A stretch of DNA of 64,000 nt, taken from positions 1 to 64,000 of the IMG/VR virus record IMGVR_UViG_3300045988_023742; one strand, 5' to 3'. The notes under the pieces were generated by a model that saw only the letters and a list, made by a program, of their open reading frames with translations, was not told the origin of the DNA and made no database searches. The stretch comes from a virus. A program made the position numbers and the translations under genes. Shown piece after piece: positions 47,153-56,724 of the stretch (position 1 is the first letter of the stretch; each line of letters begins with the position of its first letter).

Positions 47153-47352
47153 TTTCTTCGCCTTTTAATGTTTACATCTAAGTTATTTTCTTTAATAAGT
47201 CTATGAGCTATAACACTTTCTAGTTTATGAGGGATAGAGATATGTCTTCCCTTATCATTAACATATATAGCATGGTCACCACTATGTCTACTATAAGAGA
47301 ATCCATTCTTCTCTACTACCCTTATAAACTCTAATTGTGTGTATTGCTTCAT
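47149..47352 (-). CDS. hicA: HicA-like mRNA interferase toxin
   Basis: 67 aa. L.F.RVVEKNGF.YSRHSGDHAIY.N..GR.ISIPH......I.HRLIK matches the HicA/YcfA pattern (KNGW..R..GSH...), including the catalytic His context. Confidence 0.65.
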   Translation of the reverse strand: MKQYTQLEFIRVVEKNGFSYSRHSGDHAIYVNDKGRHISIPHKLESVIAHRLIKENNLDVNIKRRRK

Positions 47353-48077
47353 TTATACTTAGGATTATCAGGCTGTTCAGGATTTGTATTATCCCCATAC
47401 ACAGCCTTAAATTTTTCAAAATCACAGTACTTTATCTTGGTAATAACCCTCTCTCCGTTTCTAAACCTAAGACCACAGGTAGTTCTAAGAACTAAGCCCT
47501 CTGCATTAAGGTCTTTATCTTCAGAAATCTTAGACTTAAAGCCTTTCTTAACAAACTCTACAGCCTGTGGAATAGTCATATAGCCAATAAGAGGAACCAT
47601 AGGTACATTACATTTCTTAGCAATATCTTCACAGTCTTCTCTTTTAAGCCACCAGTCATTAATCTTGACATCAAAAAGAATGAAATCTACATCCTTGCTT
47701 ATATACTTTCCACCACACTTTTGAATGCCTGCACCATAGCCTTCACCATATATACATACAGTATCTTCAGGTGTCAATACAGGAAATACTTTAGCCCAGT
47801 CTACCTTGAAGAAAATACTTTCAAGCTTCTTAACAAGCTTACTAGGAAGCTCTGCTCTATTAGTTCGACCCTTGATAGTCACACCATAAATCCAAGGTTC
47901 TTTACCTTCTCCTGCTACCATAGTTACATAGATTCTGATGTTAGTGCCATCAATCTTCTCTGTACATTCCCAAAGGCAATCCTTTAAATAACTGAACTCT
48001 TCACAAGTATACTGTGAGGGAATAATAACATTCTTACCATCCCTCTTGAATAATGTATTAATTTTCTGATATTCCAT
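47349..48077 (-). CDS. Small ATP-dependent nucleic-acid ligase (RNA-ligase-like nucleotidyltransferase)
   Basis: Motif I is EKIDGTN (KxDG), motif III is FILFDV, motif IV is EGLVLR and motif V is ITKIKY. At 242 aa it is too short for a classical DNA ligase with an OB domain. Confidence 0.65.
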   Translation of the reverse strand: MEYQKINTLFKRDGKNVIIPSQYTCEEFSYLKDCLWECTEKIDGTNIRIYVTMVAGEGKEPWIYGVTIKGRTNRAELPSKLVKKLESIFFKVDWAKVFPVLTPEDTVCIYGEGYGAGIQKCGGKYISKDVDFILFDVKINDWWLKREDCEDIAKKCNVPMVPLIGYMTIPQAVEFVKKGFKSKISEDKDLNAEGLVLRTTCGLRFRNGERVITKIKYCDFEKFKAVYGDNTNPEQPDNPKYK

Positions 48078-48297
48078 CTTCTTTTATTTTAATTAACCTA
48101 TCTGGATAAATGTAATCTGTCCATATATTATTTGAAGTTCTAACAACAACAACTTTCTTTGCACATAGCTTCTTTACTCTATACAATTCTACATTGTTGC
48201 TATAAGCATAGCCAATAACTAAGTCACCAACATGAAGTTGATGACCTAGTTTATCTTTGACTACTCTATGTAATTCTTCATATTCCTTCCTTGTCAT
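48058..48297 (-). CDS. Hypothetical small protein
   Basis: 79-aa ORF, tightly packed. Confidence 0.45.
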   Translation of the reverse strand: MTRKEYEELHRVVKDKLGHQLHVGDLVIGYAYSNNVELYRVKKLCAKKVVVVRTSNNIWTDYIYPDRLIKIKEDGISEN

Positions 48298-48532
48298 TTT
48301 CTATTCTATTTATTTCATCATTGAGATAAAAGACAGCTTTCTTTAAGTCTTCTACTCTCTTTTGTTTATCACTCATTCCTTCTTCAGACTTATGACCTGA
48401 CCTAAGAACATATTTAATTACATTTCCTAGATTGAAGTTCATGTGCCTAGTAATGTCAATGACCTCTATACCACATAACTTTTTAAGCCAAGTGTAATGA
48501 GAAGGATGATTTACTCTATCTGTATTTTCCAT
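48278..48532 (-). CDS. DUF3310-family phage protein
   Basis: VNHPSHYT...IEVIDI...FNLGNVIKYVLRSGHK matches the family pattern as I remember it. Confidence 0.55.
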   Translation of the reverse strand: MENTDRVNHPSHYTWLKKLCGIEVIDITRHMNFNLGNVIKYVLRSGHKSEEGMSDKQKRVEDLKKAVFYLNDEINRIENDKEGI

Positions 48533-48543
48533 ATTTTACGCTT

Positions 48544-50604
48544 TTAATGAATCCAATATGTTGGTAATGTTCCATCTTTAAGCCTAGATACCTCAGCATC
48601 AAGTGGGACAATCCTACAAATAAACTTTCCTGCTTTGACCATACACTCATGGAGTTTATTAGCAACTTCTTCTGCAATTTCTTCAGGAGCTTCAATATTA
48701 AACTCATCATGTGCTGGTATACAGAACTTAACCTTTCCAAACAATCCATTCTTTACTACCCAATTGAATAGATTTACTGCACATATCTTAAATATGGCAC
48801 TTCCCCTGCTCTGAATAGGATAGTTGATTGACTGTCTCTCAGAGGCAGACTTCCTTTTGAAATAGTGTCTTACCTCCTCGACAATAGGGTTAGTTGGGTC
48901 AGTAACTTTAAGTCTTCTGTAGGTATCCCAAAAGTCTTTACCAAACTTGTCTTGGGTAGACTTCAGCTCGTCATAGTCATATATATAAGCTCTATAACCA
49001 ACTTCAGGACATGTGTTTATATAGCCTAGCTGCATCACTATCTTTCTCTGATAAGCTTGATATGCTGCAACTCCCTTGAAACCCTTTCTGTAGTTAGCTT
49101 CAATCTGCCTAGCTTCTTCCTCTGGTATATGGTCTCTACCTATAAGAGTATTAGCATCACCACCATAAGCAAATGTAAACTCAGGAGCCTTAGCTTTCTT
49201 TCTCAAGTCAGGTCTAAGCTTCTTAACATCCTCTACAGGAATATCATGCAACTCTTCTGGATAAACCATCTTAGCTACCAAGCTATGCAAATCTCCGCAA
49301 CCATTAGTAAACAAGTCAATCATTGCAGTATCTTTAGCAATATTGGCAAGGATTACTGATTCCTCTCCACTATAGTCTGCACTAATCCACTTGTTACCCT
49401 TCTCAGCACAGAAGCATGCTCTAGTCTCGGCATCAGCAGGAAGATTTTGTAGATTAACCAATGGTACTTTCTTGCCTGGAATAACCTCTTTATCTTCTCC
49501 TCCACCAGAGCTATATCTATGAGTATCTGTTCCTATCTGATTGAAACTTGTATGTAATCTTCCAGTGACAGGATTTATAAGGTCAAGGAAGTTCTGACCA
49601 TAAGTACTTGTTACTTTCTGAGCAGCCTTGAACTCAAGATAGACTTCAGCTATAGGATGAACACTCTTTTGTCCTTCAATGACTGTTGCATCTACAGATT
49701 TCTTTATATCTCCTGTTGCTTTATCTCTTGTCTCAAGCTTAAAACCCAGTGACTCTAAGAATGGAATTACTTGTCTAGAGCTATTCCAATTGATATTACA
49801 AGCTGGACCAGCTTTAACAAAACCAAATAAGTCAGGCTCTACAATCTTTATGAACTTAGAAAGACTCTTATCTTCCTTATACATATCAACAACAAAGTTA
49901 TCAAGTCTTTCTTTAGCTTTATCTAGAGCTTCTTGGTCTTTAACCATCTTAGCCTTCCACCTTTCAGCATCAAGATTAACTCCACAAAACTCAAAATATG
50001 CAGTAGGAAGAATAGCTCTATTTTCTACCTCAAGAGCAAGCTTCTGACCTCTGGGGAGAAGAATTTCAAGCTGTTTGTTCATAATATCTTCTAGATACTT
50101 AACATCATTGGCAGAGTAAACTATAATCTTATCAGTGAGTTCATTTCTCCAAATGATTTCACCTCTGACAGATTTATCAAGTTCAATACCTAAATAGTTT
50201 TCTCCTGCTGACTTTAAGCTCAAACTATGCATACCACTAGGATAGCCAAGCCACCTCATCTTCTCAGCTATGAAACCATCATATAGTCTAGTAGGAACAA
50301 TACCATGATAGAACAAGAACTTTACATCAAATTTCAGATTCCAACCTATGAATAATCTGTCTGATTCTAGATATTCCTTATAGAGTGTAACATCAACAGT
50401 TGTACAGTCTATTACAACTTGGAAGTCTCGATTGCCAAGCTGTAATAATAAGAGCTTCTTGAGAAATGGGCTGAAACCCTGAGTTTCAGTATCTAGACCT
50501 ACAATAGTTAAAGGATTGAGGAGCCTCAATGACTCCTCAACACTTATAACCTTATAGGTTTCACTCTCAAATAAAGTTCTCTGACTAGTTACTAAGTAAA
50601 TCAT
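48544..50604 (-). CDS. Family A DNA polymerase with a 3'-5' exonuclease domain
   Basis: Exo I is GLDTET, Exo II is NLKFDVKFL and Exo III is YSANDVKYL. Pol motif A is DYSGEES, motif B is RKKAKAPEFTFAYGG and motif C is PAHDEF. Confidence 0.9.
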   Translation of the reverse strand: MIYLVTSQRTLFESETYKVISVEESLRLLNPLTIVGLDTETQGFSPFLKKLLLLQLGNRDFQVVIDCTTVDVTLYKEYLESDRLFIGWNLKFDVKFLFYHGIVPTRLYDGFIAEKMRWLGYPSGMHSLSLKSAGENYLGIELDKSVRGEIIWRNELTDKIIVYSANDVKYLEDIMNKQLEILLPRGQKLALEVENRAILPTAYFEFCGVNLDAERWKAKMVKDQEALDKAKERLDNFVVDMYKEDKSLSKFIKIVEPDLFGFVKAGPACNINWNSSRQVIPFLESLGFKLETRDKATGDIKKSVDATVIEGQKSVHPIAEVYLEFKAAQKVTSTYGQNFLDLINPVTGRLHTSFNQIGTDTHRYSSGGGEDKEVIPGKKVPLVNLQNLPADAETRACFCAEKGNKWISADYSGEESVILANIAKDTAMIDLFTNGCGDLHSLVAKMVYPEELHDIPVEDVKKLRPDLRKKAKAPEFTFAYGGDANTLIGRDHIPEEEARQIEANYRKGFKGVAAYQAYQRKIVMQLGYINTCPEVGYRAYIYDYDELKSTQDKFGKDFWDTYRRLKVTDPTNPIVEEVRHYFKRKSASERQSINYPIQSRGSAIFKICAVNLFNWVVKNGLFGKVKFCIPAHDEFNIEAPEEIAEEVANKLHECMVKAGKFICRIVPLDAEVSRLKDGTLPTYWIH

Positions 50605-50627
50605 GTCTTAACTTCTATTAGGTAGCT

Positions 50628-51140
50628 TTATTTTGTTCTCTTGCATTTTCTCTTAGAATAAGCTACAAGTTCTTTGAAATCCATAACATAGTCATATCTA
50701 CTAAGGAAATCTCCACCAAGAACTCCATGTATTTCAATGTTAAAATCCTTCTTTATAGCTTCTAATTGCTGAGCAAGCTGTTCTGTAACTATAAAATCAG
50801 AATCATAGAACTCTTTATTATATTCTAACTTAAGAATACAATGCTTATTATTGTTTAGCATGCCACCTGCACCTACAGTTTGAACATCCTCTCCAATATT
50901 CTCTAATTTTCCTCCTATATAGTTTACTGCTTCTGGACTTATATGAGAATATGAACTTCCTGAATCAAGAAGGAAATGCAATTTCTTCTCATTACAAACA
51001 AAGGTTATAATGGGAATGTTAAGTAAGTCCATAGTCTCCTTAAATGAAATCTTCCTATAATTTTCATGGTCTTCAACCATATTTATGAAGATTGCAATAA
51101 GAATAATTAGCAGAAATATAATTATCAGCTTAAATATCAT
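50628..51140 (-). CDS. Membrane-anchored retropepsin-like aspartic protease
   Basis: N-terminal TM segment (IFKLIIIFLLIILIAIFI), catalytic FLLDSGSS (D59), GAGG, and the family-typical HGVLGGDFL...VMDF block. Confidence 0.6.
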   Translation of the reverse strand: MIFKLIIIFLLIILIAIFINMVEDHENYRKISFKETMDLLNIPIITFVCNEKKLHFLLDSGSSYSHISPEAVNYIGGKLENIGEDVQTVGAGGMLNNNKHCILKLEYNKEFYDSDFIVTEQLAQQLEAIKKDFNIEIHGVLGGDFLSRYDYVMDFKELVAYSKRKCKRTK

Positions 51141-51670
51141 TACTTAACTCCTGTTTTTCCATGACCACCTCTGTCTGCATTACCAAGATTATCAACCCAC
51201 TCAAACTCTATCTTACTAGAGAAAAGCCACTTAAGCTTCTGCCACATGGTTGCAAACTGATTAGGCACAATTTCAAATTGACAAATTCTATCTCCCTTAT
51301 GAATAGTAATATCATCTATTGAATAACAATAGAATCCCCACTCATCATTATCTCCACAATACTTACCATCAATAAAGCCAGATGAAGCCATTACAAGTCT
51401 CAACTTCTTAGTGGTAGAACTCCTCTGCTTTATCTTTGTACTAAAGCCCTTAGGCAACTGCATTGCAATACCAAGCTTAATCAACTTCTCATCAAACTTG
51501 ACCTTTCTCCTCTTGATACCATCTTTCTGTCTAAGAATATCTGCCATAGGAGCTTCAAATGTATAGTCTTCTGCTGCTCTAAGGTCAATACAATCACCAT
51601 CTGGGTTAATAAAGGGAGCCTCATTATTTGTATAAAGTCCCTTTACAAGTTCTTTTACTTTAATTTTCAT
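51140..51670 (-). CDS. dut: dUTPase (trimeric type, with an insertion after motif 1)
   Basis: Motifs are in order: CIDLRA, QRSS, GFIDGKYCG, GDRICQ. Confidence 0.75.
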   Translation of the reverse strand: MKIKVKELVKGLYTNNEAPFINPDGDCIDLRAAEDYTFEAPMADILRQKDGIKRRKVKFDEKLIKLGIAMQLPKGFSTKIKQRSSTTKKLRLVMASSGFIDGKYCGDNDEWGFYCYSIDDITIHKGDRICQFEIVPNQFATMWQKLKWLFSSKIEFEWVDNLGNADRGGHGKTGVK

Positions 51671-51690
51671 TTTACTTTATTTTATACAGA

Positions 51691-51716
51691 AAAAGGTAGC
51701 ATTTCTGCTACCTTTT
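51691..51716 (-). terminator. Hairpin between nrdG and dut (possible internal attenuator)
   Basis: 11-bp stem, aaaaggtagca (51691-51701) with tgctacctttt (51706-51716), and a 4-nt loop. The U tract on the - strand is mostly inside the stem. Confidence 0.4.
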
Positions 51717-51719
51717 ATA

Positions 51720-52190
51720 TTATCTCCAAAATTTTGCTGTTATGTCTTTCTTAAAAACTTTACCTTGTATAACATCTATTTCAAGCATTACTTGATTAGT
51801 TGTTCTACAATTAAGGGGTCCCTTATCTTTAATATAAGGACCAAGCTTAATATAGTTAAAGTTTTCAAGTTCTATCTCTTTACTTAGTTCCTGCCTTCCA
51901 CTATACCATGCTACCTTAAGCTCTGGATAATACTCCTTTATATCCTGTGCAATATCATCTACTTCACTTGGATTAGCATCACCTCCCATTATACAAACGC
52001 AACTTATTCCATTATTGCTATCAATAAGGTTGGTTAATGCTTCTAAATTAAGAGATTTTCCTATATCTTCTGCTAGGTAAGAAGAATGACATTCTTCACA
52101 ATGACAAGGGCAGTTGCTTATATTAATACATAGTGTGATTTCATCAGGAATTTCAGTAAAAGTAACTTTACTATCTACATATTTTAGCAT
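51720..52190 (-). CDS. nrdG: Anaerobic ribonucleotide reductase activating protein (radical SAM)
   Basis: 156 aa. CPCHCEEC provides the CxxxCxxC cluster, and the gene is directly coupled to nrdD. Confidence 0.8.
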   Translation of the reverse strand: MLKYVDSKVTFTEIPDEITLCINISNCPCHCEECHSSYLAEDIGKSLNLEALTNLIDSNNGISCVCIMGGDANPSEVDDIAQDIKEYYPELKVAWYSGRQELSKEIELENFNYIKLGPYIKDKGPLNCRTTNQVMLEIDVIQGKVFKKDITAKFWR

Positions 52191-54364
52191 TACTCTATGT
52201 GTTCATAAATTCTTTTCTCAAACTCCTCTTGCCTAGGACTGCTCCAATTATCTACTGCTGTAAGATACCCTATAATTCTTGTATAGTACTTTAAACTCTT
52301 ACTGTGACAAATAGGACATTCCTTGATAGGGGCATTAACTATATGGTGACACTCCTTACACTCTGAGATAGGAATATTAAAGGTATAATAATTACAACCT
52401 TCTTCCTTAGCTATATCCATCAACTTAAGGTACTGTTCTTTGCTAAGATGTGTATCTAAGTTAATATGACAAGCTTGACCTCCACTGAGTGCAGTGCTCA
52501 CTTGCCTACCATGTAATTTAATCTTATCTAGTACTGAAGTATCATCCCAAGGATTATAGAAGTAACAGTTATAGAGATTTTGGTCTTCAGGAACAATATA
52601 ACCATCCTTTTTATCCCACTTATACAACTTCACTCCTAGGTTTTCTCCAGGAATAGCTTCTATATTAAACAAGAAAGGTCTCTTTTTATCATTGATATTA
52701 TGAGCTTTTACTTCCTCCTTAATAACATTAAATATAATAGAGAGGAACTTCTTATATTCCTCATTATTATTAGTATTAATGCCTAAGAATTTAGCAGCTT
52801 CAAAATAACCAATAACACCTATGGTAGAGTATAGTTTCTTCATGTAAATATAGCCACCATTAGATGAAGCAAGCATACCTTTATCCTCCATATCATACAA
52901 CATTGTCTTATAAGCTATATGATACTTAAATACTCTCTCAAGTATATCCTGGATATAAGCCCTAAGTCCCACATAAGGAATATCTTTATTCTTCCTAAAC
53001 TCCTCAAGGTTATTCTCCTTATAGAAGTCTTGTATAATCCTATTAAGGTTAAGGGTAATAACATTACAACTGCCAGTCATTACACCTGTCATACCTGTTG
53101 TGGAGCTAAATATATTATCTGACATCTCATTGAGAACTCTACAGCAACTTGCTAATGATGTAGGATTATCACTATTATAGCAGAAGAAGCTACCTCCTTT
53201 AGACCACTCTTCAGCACAGAGTTCCTTATAGTCTCTATCAAGAAACTCCTTATTATTGTGAACTAATGCCATAGTAGTTACAGGGAATGTAATAGGTTTA
53301 ATAAGCCTTATACCTCTCATTAATTTCATAGACATTCTCTGCAAGGTATCTATTGCTTTCCATTCAGGTTGTGTACCGTCTGGATAATAGAAATCACCAA
53401 ATAATGACTCAAAGTAATATTTATCATACCAAGAGATATTAGTAAATGGACTATTATAGCTTCTATTACCTGCTGGCTGATTAACTCCCCAAATGAATTG
53501 CTTCATTCCTTTTTCAATAGCATTTCTTATAGTTCTAGAGATAAGACAATGGGGTGAAGTGACTTCACAGTCCAACTTTTCATACCATTTAGGTCCAAAC
53601 TCCTTAACTACATAATAGTTGAGTGCAATAAAGTAGTCACCAAAAGCAACTGCTCCCTTACATTGAGAAGACAATAAGAATGCTAAGTTAGTAATCTGAC
53701 CACTAAATGATTGAATATCATTAGGCTCAGTAGGAGTGACCCCATCAATATTACCAACACCCTCAAGCATCAATGGATAAAGAGTTACTGCCATACAATA
53801 AGGCTTCAATACAGGAGTAGAGGCTTCATCATGGGTATAAATAATATGATGTTCCAAGTCTACTTCATATTGTTTTGCAACCTCAGGAAATATCCTATAG
53901 AGCATATCTTTCATCCTCTGTCTTTGAATAATCCTATTGGTACTCTTGTAAACCTCACCCTCAAGATTAGCTACATTCTTTGAAGCTACATTTGAATTAG
54001 GGTCAGTCTCTGAAGAACTAGCAGCATTATCATCAGAATCTGCATAGTTAGACATATAATCAATCCTTTCTCTAATAAATCTAGACTCTTCATGCTTATT
54101 TCTATAAATAATATAAGCCTTTGCTACATCATAAGGTGCTAAATCCATAAGAATCTTCTCTACTTCTGTCTGTATAGTAGCAACTCCTACTGTACTAGCC
54201 CCTACATGATAAGAAGGAATATAGGCTAATTCCTTCAAAACTTCTTCATCAGGCTCTTTACCTTGAGAAGCATAAGCCTTCTTGACAGAATTGATTATTT
54301 TATTCAAATCAAACTCTTCAAGTTGGCTTGCTTTATCTTTCTTTGTTCTTTTTAATACTTTCAT
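52190..54364 (-). CDS. nrdD: Anaerobic ribonucleoside-triphosphate reductase (class III)
   Basis: 724 aa with an N-terminal ATP-cone-like segment, a C-terminal Zn ribbon (CKECHH...CPICHS) and a glycyl-radical motif, RIIGYL. Confidence 0.85.
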   Translation of the reverse strand: MKVLKRTKKDKASQLEEFDLNKIINSVKKAYASQGKEPDEEVLKELAYIPSYHVGASTVGVATIQTEVEKILMDLAPYDVAKAYIIYRNKHEESRFIRERIDYMSNYADSDDNAASSSETDPNSNVASKNVANLEGEVYKSTNRIIQRQRMKDMLYRIFPEVAKQYEVDLEHHIIYTHDEASTPVLKPYCMAVTLYPLMLEGVGNIDGVTPTEPNDIQSFSGQITNLAFLLSSQCKGAVAFGDYFIALNYYVVKEFGPKWYEKLDCEVTSPHCLISRTIRNAIEKGMKQFIWGVNQPAGNRSYNSPFTNISWYDKYYFESLFGDFYYPDGTQPEWKAIDTLQRMSMKLMRGIRLIKPITFPVTTMALVHNNKEFLDRDYKELCAEEWSKGGSFFCYNSDNPTSLASCCRVLNEMSDNIFSSTTGMTGVMTGSCNVITLNLNRIIQDFYKENNLEEFRKNKDIPYVGLRAYIQDILERVFKYHIAYKTMLYDMEDKGMLASSNGGYIYMKKLYSTIGVIGYFEAAKFLGINTNNNEEYKKFLSIIFNVIKEEVKAHNINDKKRPFLFNIEAIPGENLGVKLYKWDKKDGYIVPEDQNLYNCYFYNPWDDTSVLDKIKLHGRQVSTALSGGQACHINLDTHLSKEQYLKLMDIAKEEGCNYYTFNIPISECKECHHIVNAPIKECPICHSKSLKYYTRIIGYLTAVDNWSSPRQEEFEKRIYEHIE

Positions 54365-55413
54365 ATTTTATTAATCCAATCTTCAAGTTGATTAGGACTT
54401 ACCTTACTTATACCATCTGGAACAGTAGGTTTATCCTTTAGGTAATGTGACAGTTCCTCACCTATTGTAAATGGGTCTCTAAGAATTATCTTTGTAACCT
54501 TGCCAAGTGTTAAGTCTCCCATAGTTTCAGTTGACCTAAAATTCCATACAAGTGGTGTTAGAGTTCTTTTATTTGCTACTATGAACTTATAAGGAGCTAA
54601 TTTGAAATCCTTAAAATAAGGGTCTCTATCCATATTGTCTCTTATGATTCTCCAATATAGTCTAGCCTGTATGTCATAATGCCATTCAATGAAACTCTTA
54701 TAGAAATCCCACTCTGTTTTAGAACTAGTCTTTAAATCTACAGGGACAACTAATTTCTTATCATGAAATACAATTATCTCATCAGCCATACATCTGTAAT
54801 CAATACCATTGAAAGTTGCTTTGAACTTTAACTGATAAAACCTTTGTATACTATCATCAAACATATTGTCTGGCTCAAAGTAGAATTTGGTTGCATCAGA
54901 AGTCTCAAGCTTATCTACAGTATTTTGAACATCATTATAAGTCTGAGTACTGATAATTTTCTTTCCATCAGCTAAATATAATAGACCATAGTACCCAGCA
55001 CAGTCTTCTTTAATCTTCTTAGCTCTTGTCTTGGGTAACCAATGATTATTCCACTGTATATCTTCGATAGATGTTATAATATCATCATCAGGAATATCCT
55101 TTAGTGCATGATATTTATCCTTGAAGTCATTAAACAGCTTCTTAACAATGGTAACAAGAGTATCTGAAAGACTATTGTCAAGCTCTGCTACCATAAATAG
55201 TTGATTAAACTCTTCCTCATTACCAGTAATAAGAGTATCAACACAAGAGCCAAAAACAAGAGAAGGAGTATCTATCCTATCAAATAGTTTGTCTAGGTTA
55301 TTAAATCCTTCTCTTTCATAGCGTGCTAAAGTACTATATGACAAGGCAGGGTCTGCTCTATAAGTAGGCTCATCTACCCGCCAAGATATGTCTCTTAAGC
55401 TTTTTCTTTCCAT
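54361..55413 (-). CDS. RecB-like PD-(D/E)xK exonuclease
   Basis: Carries VPVDLKT (D-x-K) and QARLY (QxxxY). The 350-aa length is typical of phage recombination exonucleases. Confidence 0.65.
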   Translation of the reverse strand: MERKSLRDISWRVDEPTYRADPALSYSTLARYEREGFNNLDKLFDRIDTPSLVFGSCVDTLITGNEEEFNQLFMVAELDNSLSDTLVTIVKKLFNDFKDKYHALKDIPDDDIITSIEDIQWNNHWLPKTRAKKIKEDCAGYYGLLYLADGKKIISTQTYNDVQNTVDKLETSDATKFYFEPDNMFDDSIQRFYQLKFKATFNGIDYRCMADEIIVFHDKKLVVPVDLKTSSKTEWDFYKSFIEWHYDIQARLYWRIIRDNMDRDPYFKDFKLAPYKFIVANKRTLTPLVWNFRSTETMGDLTLGKVTKIILRDPFTIGEELSHYLKDKPTVPDGISKVSPNQLEDWINKI

Positions 55414-55697
55414 TAAAATTCCTCTTCTAAGTCATTAGAAATATCAGATAAATCCAAGTAAGAGGTATACTCTCTTACATCAAGAGTTAGCTGCTCTAAC
55501 TGACCTCTATCCACATTTAACCACTTATCTTTATGTACATCTTTGTAATCATCCCTCTTCTTCATAATAAGACAAGATTCTACTATTTCAAGAAGATTCT
55601 CAAATTGTCTATTCCTTAGGAACTGATTACATAGCTCTACATCTTTAGGTGGTAGACATTGTAGATTCTGTTGAATCCTTTGATAAAGTTGGTTCAT
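55413..55697 (-). CDS. Hypothetical small protein
   Basis: 94-aa ORF overlapping the upstream gene by 53 nt. Confidence 0.4.
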   Translation of the reverse strand: MNQLYQRIQQNLQCLPPKDVELCNQFLRNRQFENLLEIVESCLIMKKRDDYKDVHKDKWLNVDRGQLEQLTLDVREYTSYLDLSDISNDLEEEF

Positions 55698-56184
55698 ACT
55701 CCCTGATTATTTCTATAGCTTGAAGTAGCTGTTTCTTAGTATATATCTCGAAGTATATTGAATGTTGTTTGGTTTTAATAAACCAATCATCTAGGTACTT
55801 TATAAACAGTTTCTTCTTTATATAGAAGACATCATTTTCTATACCTTTAGCTTCAATATATACATCTAATTTACCATACCTAAAGTAGAAGTCTGGTGTA
55901 TATCTAATACCAACAATCTTACCTGTCTTTAATACCAACATTCTATTTTTTACAGTGTCACCACCTTCAATTCTCTTAGCCTGCTGAGTATCTGTTTCTT
56001 TATCATAGAATGGAGTTAATGGCATGAATCCACCCCATAATTCATAGGTTCTAGGCTCATATTGTGGATTAAATCCCTGCTCTACAAGAGTATTATAAAC
56101 ACTCTTTTCAAGCTGGGATTTAAAGGTCAGATTGCCAGACTTGCACTCTGTGGCATTTCTGATTTTCTTATTACTTTTAGGCAT
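55645..56184 (-). CDS. PD-(D/E)xK endonuclease (phage endonuclease I or resolvase-like)
   Basis: Carries YTPDF ... YIEAKG (D ... ExK). I prefer the ATG at 56184, inside the AGTAATGCCTAA overlap with the upstream stop. Confidence 0.5.
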   Translation of the reverse strand: MPKSNKKIRNATECKSGNLTFKSQLEKSVYNTLVEQGFNPQYEPRTYELWGGFMPLTPFYDKETDTQQAKRIEGGDTVKNRMLVLKTGKIVGIRYTPDFYFRYGKLDVYIEAKGIENDVFYIKKKLFIKYLDDWFIKTKQHSIYFEIYTKKQLLQAIEIIREYEPTLSKDSTESTMSTT

Positions 56185-56707
56185 TACTGAAAATTGACTT
56201 AAGATGCTCTCTGATAAGACTGAAAGCAATCTTAGCATCCTCAATACTTCTGAAAGCAGGAAATGCCTTATAATTCTTTACAGTCTTCTTGTTGACTTCA
56301 TGAATCCTTCCATCCTGAGGAGAGATAGCATAAATCTTCTCACTCTTATTGATGTGGTCATCATATTTCTTATCAAGCTCAATGGCAATCTCTCTCAACA
56401 CCATCTGGGTTGCAGCCCAAGGATTAGCAAGGTGAAGAGTAGCAAGGATATTCAAGAGTTTCTCCTCCTTCCAATTAGTTTTCTTAGCAAGGCTCTTGAT
56501 AGCATCATTCCAAATCTTATTGATACCATTCTCCTCTACTACATTTACTTTACCATCCTTAATAAGCTTACCCATAAGCTCCTTGGTAACAACAGCAACT
56601 CTCTGAACTTTTGCTACACTAAGAGGAGTATTTACATTTTCTATAATAAGGACTTTATCACCAAAATTAATCTCTTTGCCACTATTGGCTAAAATAAACT
56701 TCTTCAT
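56177..56707 (-). CDS. Hypothetical protein
   Basis: 176-aa ORF in the replication block. Confidence 0.5.
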   Translation of the reverse strand: MKKFILANSGKEINFGDKVLIIENVNTPLSVAKVQRVAVVTKELMGKLIKDGKVNVVEENGINKIWNDAIKSLAKKTNWKEEKLLNILATLHLANPWAATQMVLREIAIELDKKYDDHINKSEKIYAISPQDGRIHEVNKKTVKNYKAFPAFRSIEDAKIAFSLIREHLKSIFSNA

Positions 56708-56724
56708 CTTTTCTTTGTATTTAA

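Noticed and set aside
48516-48749. The 77-aa - strand ORF overlapping the 3' end of the DNA polymerase gene and the start of the DUF3310 gene.
   Set aside because: It is out of frame within the conserved polymerase C-terminus, and the neighbouring genes leave no free space.
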